Below are positions 25,306 through 30,174 of a stretch of DNA of 30,174 nucleotides, piece after piece (the stretch's first letter is position 1; each line of letters begins with the position of its first letter). The notes beneath the pieces are model-generated. The model had not been told where the DNA came from and ran no database searches. It saw only the letters and a list, made by a program, of their open reading frames with translations. The DNA is from a virus (taxonomy: Duplodnaviria > Caudoviricetes). A program made the translations under genes and the position numbers. The stretch is taken from positions 1 to 30,174 of the IMG/VR virus record IMGVR_UViG_3300027772_001073; one strand, 5' to 3'.

Positions 25306-26643
25306 ATGGCCTTAAACATATTTGAACCACTAAAATTTAGCACACAGGGTATTAATGACCTTGCTACACAAGAGACTTTGATCATTAGCAACGGTAAAAT
25401 AACCGTTGATTATGTCGAAGCTAGACGAGCTGTTTCATTTGCAGCCAGCAGTTTTGCAGAAGTTGAAGGCAAAGGACTGCAGTGGACAGACGGTCGTAAG
25501 AACAAATCATTAATATTAAAGAAATCAGCACTTTGGGCTAACATGAGTGTTAACCTAGAGAATGAACAAACTTATCAAATTAATGATGTTCCTGTCCTGT
25601 CATTTACAGATCTAGGACCCACAGTTACAAAGAGTAACTTAAAATCAGTAGGTACACTACGTTCATTAAAAGTAGCGGGTGCGGCAGAATTTGGTGAGTT
25701 TGCCTATATAGTCAGCGATTTAAATCGTGTTGGCATTAACACTGACATGCCCAAAGCAGCATTAGGCATTCGTGAAAACGGTGTTGAACTTGTACTTGGC
25801 AGTTTGAAAAGCAACACTGGTGTCATTGGTACCGTTGACAACACTAATTTAGAAATTATTACAGACAATACTACTCGTGTAACTGTTAGCAATAATGGCG
25901 ATGTTCGTGTACACGGAAAAATCTACGCTGAAGAAGTTATTACACAACGCTCTAGCCCAATGATATTTAGAGAAACGGAAACCAGCACAAACTACGGAAA
26001 AGGTATTGTTTGGGCAGGAATGACTGGTGCCAGCCGTCAATTAGTATATCAAGCACAACCTGATAGAATTTGGTCCACAGATATTATTGATCTTGCTGAA
26101 ACAAAATATTTTTCAATTAACAAAGTACCTGTGCTTAGTCAATCAACACTAGGCGATACTGTTACAGAAAGTAATTTACAAAAGTTAGGCGTACTAAAAG
26201 AATTGCAGGTTATGGGTGACGCGGCAGTAACTAGAAAATTCTCCACAAGCAGAATTGAAATTGGACGCTTTGCCATTAACGAAAACAGTTTAGAAACACA
26301 AGATACATTTTCTCTAATTAGAAATAACGCAACAGACCTTTCAATTGGTGCAAACATTACTATTGGTAATGCTGAAAATCAAGCTAGAGTTGTTTCGGTA
26401 TATGGACAACTAGCAGTTGGTGTTGCACAACCTGCAGAAGGTATTGCATTAACAGTGTCTGGTGCTGTGAGTTTCGATAATAAAAAATTCACAGTTGGTA
26501 AAACTCCTACAACAGGTTCTTATAACAAAGGTGATATTGTTTGGAATACTGATCCAAAGGCAACTGATTATATTGGCTGGGTATGTGTAGTAGCAGGTGA
26601 GCCAGGCGCCTGGTTACCATTTGGTGCTATTGCTAGTAGATAA
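25306..26643 (+). CDS. Putative tail-associated structural protein with internal duplication
   Basis: Two GKG.W...IN.VPVLS...LG.TVT.SNL...G.L..L.V.G units; C-terminal PTTGSYNKGDIVWN..GWVC..G.PG.W. Confidence 0.7.
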   Translation: MALNIFEPLKFSTQGINDLATQETLIISNGKITVDYVEARRAVSFAASSFAEVEGKGLQWTDGRKNKSLILKKSALWANMSVNLENEQTYQINDVPVLSFTDLGPTVTKSNLKSVGTLRSLKVAGAAEFGEFAYIVSDLNRVGINTDMPKAALGIRENGVELVLGSLKSNTGVIGTVDNTNLEIITDNTTRVTVSNNGDVRVHGKIYAEEVITQRSSPMIFRETETSTNYGKGIVWAGMTGASRQLVYQAQPDRIWSTDIIDLAETKYFSINKVPVLSQSTLGDTVTESNLQKLGVLKELQVMGDAAVTRKFSTSRIEIGRFAINENSLETQDTFSLIRNNATDLSIGANITIGNAENQARVVSVYGQLAVGVAQPAEGIALTVSGAVSFDNKKFTVGKTPTTGSYNKGDIVWNTDPKATDYIGWVCVVAGEPGAWLPFGAIASR

Positions 26644-26655
26644 TTACCAATACTG

Positions 26656-26683
26656 TTGACATACAGTAGCAATACTGTATAAT
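26656..26683 (+). promoter_or_regulatory. Sigma70-type promoter overlapped by an inverted repeat
   Basis: TTGACA, 16 bp spacer, TATAAT; ATACAGTA-gcaa-TACTGTAT palindrome at 26661-26680. Confidence 0.75.
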
Positions 26684-26690
26684 TACTACT

Positions 26691-26771
26691 AGCGGACTTT
26701 TTACGTCATTCATCCCGCTTTATAAACTCTGCATGTCGTCAAACTTGCTACCTTATAAAAGGAGACTAGAG
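26691..26771 (+). promoter_or_regulatory. Candidate structured 5' leader (riboswitch-like) of queD
   Basis: AGCGG/CCGCT stem, possible pseudoknot, CCTT-ATAA-AAGG hairpin over the SD. Confidence 0.4.
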
Positions 26772-27221
26772 ATGGCAAAATATTTCTCAACAAAACATTA
26801 CGGACACAACATTGGTCTGTCAGCGGTATTCCGTCAACCTAACGCAGATCACAGCCACTGTCATTTGCTACACGGTTACAGTCTAGCGTTTACATTTACA
26901 TTTGGCTGTGACACATTAGACAACAAGAACTGGGCAGTAGACTTTGGAGGACTTAAACCTTTAAAGGCTTGGCTAGAAGATCACTTTGATCACAAGTTGG
27001 CACTGGACAAGGCGGATCCATACCTAGCCAAGTTCCAAGAATTAGAAGCACTAGACCTAGCAGAGATTAGAATCTTTGATGGGGTTGGTGTAGAAAAGTT
27101 TGCCGAACATGCTTTTATGTTTGCCGACGCACTGATACGTGAAAAGAGTGGAGGTCGTTGCTATTGTGTAAGAGTTGAATGTGCAGAGCATGGGGCTAAC
27201 TCAGCAATTTACGAGGCATAA
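26772..27221 (+). CDS. queD: 6-carboxytetrahydropterin synthase / PTPS family (QueD-like)
   Basis: HSHCHLLHGY, VDFGGLK, FDHK, EKFAE; start re-called at ATG 26772 after AAGGAG. Confidence 0.85.
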   Translation: MAKYFSTKHYGHNIGLSAVFRQPNADHSHCHLLHGYSLAFTFTFGCDTLDNKNWAVDFGGLKPLKAWLEDHFDHKLALDKADPYLAKFQELEALDLAEIRIFDGVGVEKFAEHAFMFADALIREKSGGRCYCVRVECAEHGANSAIYEA

Positions 27222-28396
27222 TGAAGAAGCATATAGCAGTTATCGGAGCCGGCATTGCCGGCGTTACTGCGGCCTATTACCTGGCACGAGCAGGATATTG
27301 TGTAACAGTCTACGAACAAGAACACTATCCTGCCATGCGAACTAGTTTTGCCAATGGCGGACAAGTTAGCGTAAGCAACAGCGAAGTATGGACTACCTGG
27401 AGCAATGTCAAAAAAGGAGTTAAGTGGATGTTCAAGAAAGATGCTCCACTGCTGATTCGCCCTAGACTTGATTGGGCACAATGGCGGTGGTTAGCTAAAT
27501 TCTTATATTATACTGCTACAGGTTGTTATAAAAAGAACACCGAAGAGACTATTCGTCTAGGATTAGAGTCTAGAGATTTGTACAAAGAAATTATCAAAGA
27601 AGAAAATCTAGAGTTTGATCAAAGTGCCGCAGGTATTTTACACTTCTATAAAAATTCTGAGTATTTTCAAAATGCTGTTGATACCAAGGATCTTTACACC
27701 AGCAATGGAGTAGAGTGGGATATTTTAGAACCACTACAAACCAAAAGCCTAGATACCGCATTATTTGATTTAAAGGGCATTGTCGGGGGTGTTTGGACAC
27801 CCAGCGATTGGACCGGTGACATACACAAGTTCTGTAATCAACTTGCCTCTGTGTTAGAGAGCAAGTATGGAGCAAGTTTTGTCTACGGAACTACTCCTAA
27901 CATTAACGATCTTACCAGTGTATACGAGCATGTTGTCATCGCCGCCGGTATAGGCAGTGTCAAGTTAGCCAAGTCAGTTGGTGATAGTTTGCCTATCTAT
28001 CCAGTTAAAGGCTATAGCATTACTATCAATGTCAAAGACGAAGATCTACGTTATCTACCTAAAGTAAGTTTATTAGACGACCAAGCTAAAATTGTTACCA
28101 GTACACTGGGTAATAGATTCCGTGTTGCTGGTACTGCCGAACTTGCCGGAGAGAACTATGACATACGCAGAGACAGAATTGAGCCGTTGCTGTGGTGGGT
28201 ATATGAGAACTTTCCAAAGATAAGAATCAATGATTACAGCAGTTGGGCATGTCTACGCCCAATGACTCCAAACATGATGCCCGTTGTTCAACAAAGCAAA
28301 AAGAATCCAAAAGTATTTTATCACACTGGACACGGACATTTGGGTTGGACTCTGAGCCCTGCTACTGCTAGACAATTAGTTCGGCTAATAGGATAA
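27221..28396 (+). CDS. dadA: D-amino acid dehydrogenase (FAD-dependent, DAO family)
   Basis: VIGAGIAG, TSFANGGQ, YPVKGYSIT, RVAGTAE, WACLRPMTP, TGHGHLGWT. Confidence 0.85.
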   Translation: MKKHIAVIGAGIAGVTAAYYLARAGYCVTVYEQEHYPAMRTSFANGGQVSVSNSEVWTTWSNVKKGVKWMFKKDAPLLIRPRLDWAQWRWLAKFLYYTATGCYKKNTEETIRLGLESRDLYKEIIKEENLEFDQSAAGILHFYKNSEYFQNAVDTKDLYTSNGVEWDILEPLQTKSLDTALFDLKGIVGGVWTPSDWTGDIHKFCNQLASVLESKYGASFVYGTTPNINDLTSVYEHVVIAAGIGSVKLAKSVGDSLPIYPVKGYSITINVKDEDLRYLPKVSLLDDQAKIVTSTLGNRFRVAGTAELAGENYDIRRDRIEPLLWWVYENFPKIRINDYSSWACLRPMTPNMMPVVQQSKKNPKVFYHTGHGHLGWTLSPATARQLVRLIG

Positions 28397-28425
28397 TTGA
28401 CAACGATAGGCATAGATGTTATAAT
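28397..28425 (+). promoter_or_regulatory. Sigma70-type promoter with extended -10
   Basis: TTGACA, 17 bp spacer, TATAAT preceded by TGt. Confidence 0.8.
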
Positions 28426-28456
28426 ACACTATGTCCATTTTTATTGATTGTATATT

Positions 28457-29482
28457 ATGAAACGTATTGGTTTTGCTTGCAAGTGGATTGATCACCCTGA
28501 ACAGGTCAACGGCATTGATAAAAAAGATGATGCTAAACAATATAACACAGGCTCTACTACCGTTGCGTGGTTAAATAGACAGAGCAAAGAAATAGCTGAA
28601 CAACGTCTGTGGGACCTAATGGTAGGCAACATTGAAGCTACTCGCAAGCTGGTTGAAAAGGTAGGAGCCCTTGATGAAAATCTTAGAATGGTACGACTCT
28701 CAAGCGATATCTTGCCTGTATATACTCAGCAGGATTGGAGCTGGTTTTGGCGGCTTCCTGCTACCAGAGAATATTGCGAAAGAGAATTTAGAGTTGTGGG
28801 AGATCTGGCTCGCAAGAATAACGTTCGCTTGTCTATGCATCCTGGTCAGTTTACTGTGCTGGCAAGTTGCAACCCAGGTATTGTAGAGCGTTCAATAGAG
28901 GAATTTGAATATCATGTGGATATGGTTAGGTGGATGGGATACGGCAAGACTTTTCAAGACTTTAAAATCAACGTACACATCTCGGGTAAACAAGGTCCCG
29001 CTGGTATTATCTCTGCACTTACACGATTGTCTCCAGAAGCAAGAAACTGCATTACCATTGAAAATGACGAAAACTGTTGGGGAGTCGACAGCAGTCTTGA
29101 ACTCGAAAAGCACTGCGCCCTCGTACTTGATATACACCATCACTGGATCCGTACAGGAGACTACATACAGCCCTCCGACGATAGAGTTAAACGTGTAATT
29201 GATTCGTGGCGTGGTGTTCGTCCTACCATGCACTATAGTGTTAGTCGTGAAGACTATCTAATTCATCACAATACTAGTACTGCGCCAGACCATGCAGGTC
29301 TATTATCAGAAGGCTACAAAAAACAAAAGCTCAGAGCACACTCTGATTTTTACTGGAATACAGCAACAAATGAGTGGGCACTGGGCTTTCTAAACACACA
29401 TGATATCATGGCAGAGAGCAAGGGCAAGAATCTTGCATCATTTGCCTTATATGAACAAGCTAAACAGCTTGGGATTTTTTAA
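28457..29482 (+). CDS. uvsE: UV damage endonuclease (UvsE/UVDE family)
   Basis: RIGFAC, RLSSD, RLSMHPGQF, NVHI, IENDE, LDIHHH, MHYS, AHSD, ESKGK; start at ATG 28457. Confidence 0.92.
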   Translation: MKRIGFACKWIDHPEQVNGIDKKDDAKQYNTGSTTVAWLNRQSKEIAEQRLWDLMVGNIEATRKLVEKVGALDENLRMVRLSSDILPVYTQQDWSWFWRLPATREYCEREFRVVGDLARKNNVRLSMHPGQFTVLASCNPGIVERSIEEFEYHVDMVRWMGYGKTFQDFKINVHISGKQGPAGIISALTRLSPEARNCITIENDENCWGVDSSLELEKHCALVLDIHHHWIRTGDYIQPSDDRVKRVIDSWRGVRPTMHYSVSREDYLIHHNTSTAPDHAGLLSEGYKKQKLRAHSDFYWNTATNEWALGFLNTHDIMAESKGKNLASFALYEQAKQLGIF

Positions 29483-30044
29483 GTTTCCAATAATCTAACA
29501 TTGCTTGCCGTTTCTTCTCTAGTGATTCTAGAGTATGCTTTCGGCCTTTGTTAGATTTGCCTAGCTCAGATACTTGCTGTTTACGCTCAGTATTATTAGC
29601 CCAATTTGATTTAGAAGATTCTGTCCAAGCATCTTGATGTTGTTTGGATCTTGGTTTGGAAATGCCTTTGGTAGATTTACTTAAATTTTCTTTATGCAAA
29701 TCTGTCCTTTTTGGTTTTTTCCTGCCAAGTTGCTGTTGTCGAAATAGTTCTTTTCTTTCTTCAGTGTGATTCCCACCACCGCCGGTTTCTGGAATTCGAT
29801 TAGCCCAATCTGCACTTGTTGCTACGTTCCAGAGATTGCTGTAGTACCTTCCCCATTGATTTAATTCTTCTTTGGTTTGGCATTCTCGAATAATAGCGGT
29901 AGTATAATCTATACCGTGTTCTTTTAAATGAACTTTCCAATCTGCACCGGATCCGTGATAAGAATGAGGATCTTGTTTGGTAGTTTTACCAAGATATTTA
30001 AGTCCGGTTTTATTATGGGTTTTGACGTATAGGTAAATAGTCAT
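29460..30044 (-). CDS. Free-standing GIY-YIG (Seg-like) homing endonuclease with NUMOD3-like repeats
   Basis: IYLYVKTHNKTGLKYLGKT..YHGSG; HTEERKE and GRKHTLESLEK; inserted antisense, with its 3' end overlapping uvsE. Confidence 0.75.
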   Translation of the reverse strand: MTIYLYVKTHNKTGLKYLGKTTKQDPHSYHGSGADWKVHLKEHGIDYTTAIIRECQTKEELNQWGRYYSNLWNVATSADWANRIPETGGGGNHTEERKELFRQQQLGRKKPKRTDLHKENLSKSTKGISKPRSKQHQDAWTESSKSNWANNTERKQQVSELGKSNKGRKHTLESLEKKRQAMLDYWKLKKSQAV

Positions 30045-30112
30045 GCTGATAGTTCCTTATAAACTGTTAGAGAGGGTGGATATTGGCGTATCGCGATCCT
30101 CACTTTTATTTA
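30045..30112. other. Two-hairpin element upstream of the endonuclease, with TAAATA (30107-30112, minus strand)
   Basis: CTGATAGTT/AACTGTTAG and GAGGGT-G-GATAT-tggc-GTATC-GCG-ATCCTC stems. Confidence 0.5.
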
Positions 30113-30132
30113 TCGTTTGGCAAAATTAGTCT

Positions 30133-30161
30133 TTGACAAAGGTAAATATTTTTGCTATAAT
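30133..30161 (+). promoter_or_regulatory. Sigma70-type promoter with extended -10 for a gene beyond the window
   Basis: TTGACA, 17 bp spacer, TATAAT preceded by TGc. Confidence 0.8.
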
Positions 30162-30174
30162 ATTAGCATAGTGT

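Noticed and set aside
26733-26771. Upstream ATG for queD given in the ORF track
   Set aside because: No SD there; AAGGAG precedes ATG 26772.
1-30174. Stop-codon recoding, tRNA or rRNA genes, introns, integrase or transposase
   Set aside because: Genes are full length and tightly packed in the standard code; no cloverleaf, intron or recombinase signature was seen by eye.

Overview
This window looks like part of a large tailed dsDNA phage genome (T4-like or jumbo type). The evidence is dense ATGA/TAATG-coupled genes, an ATP-dependent DNA ligase, a free-standing GIY-YIG endonuclease, tail-fibre-like genes, near-consensus sigma70 promoters and T4-late-like TAAATA motifs. Host-like auxiliary genes (pstS behind a Pho-box-like repeat, BI-1/YccA, clpP, queD, dadA, uvsE) suggest a proteobacterial host; this is inference. 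The main feature is a ~12.3 kb island (10159-22435) of two convergent operons. It encodes seven radical SAM enzymes (one cobalamin-dependent), an SGNH-like hydrolase, a class I methyltransferase and a 2OG-Fe(II)-like oxygenase. The first genes of the two operons are circularly permuted paralogs, and a truncated remnant of a lost paralogous gene lies at 21241-21366. Two small secreted peptides ending in EPAKK sit just upstream of the island. Other candidates are a pseudoknot/riboswitch-like leader before queD-dadA and an antisense-folding RNA element upstream of the endonuclease. All calls come from motif reading by eye; no database searches were run.
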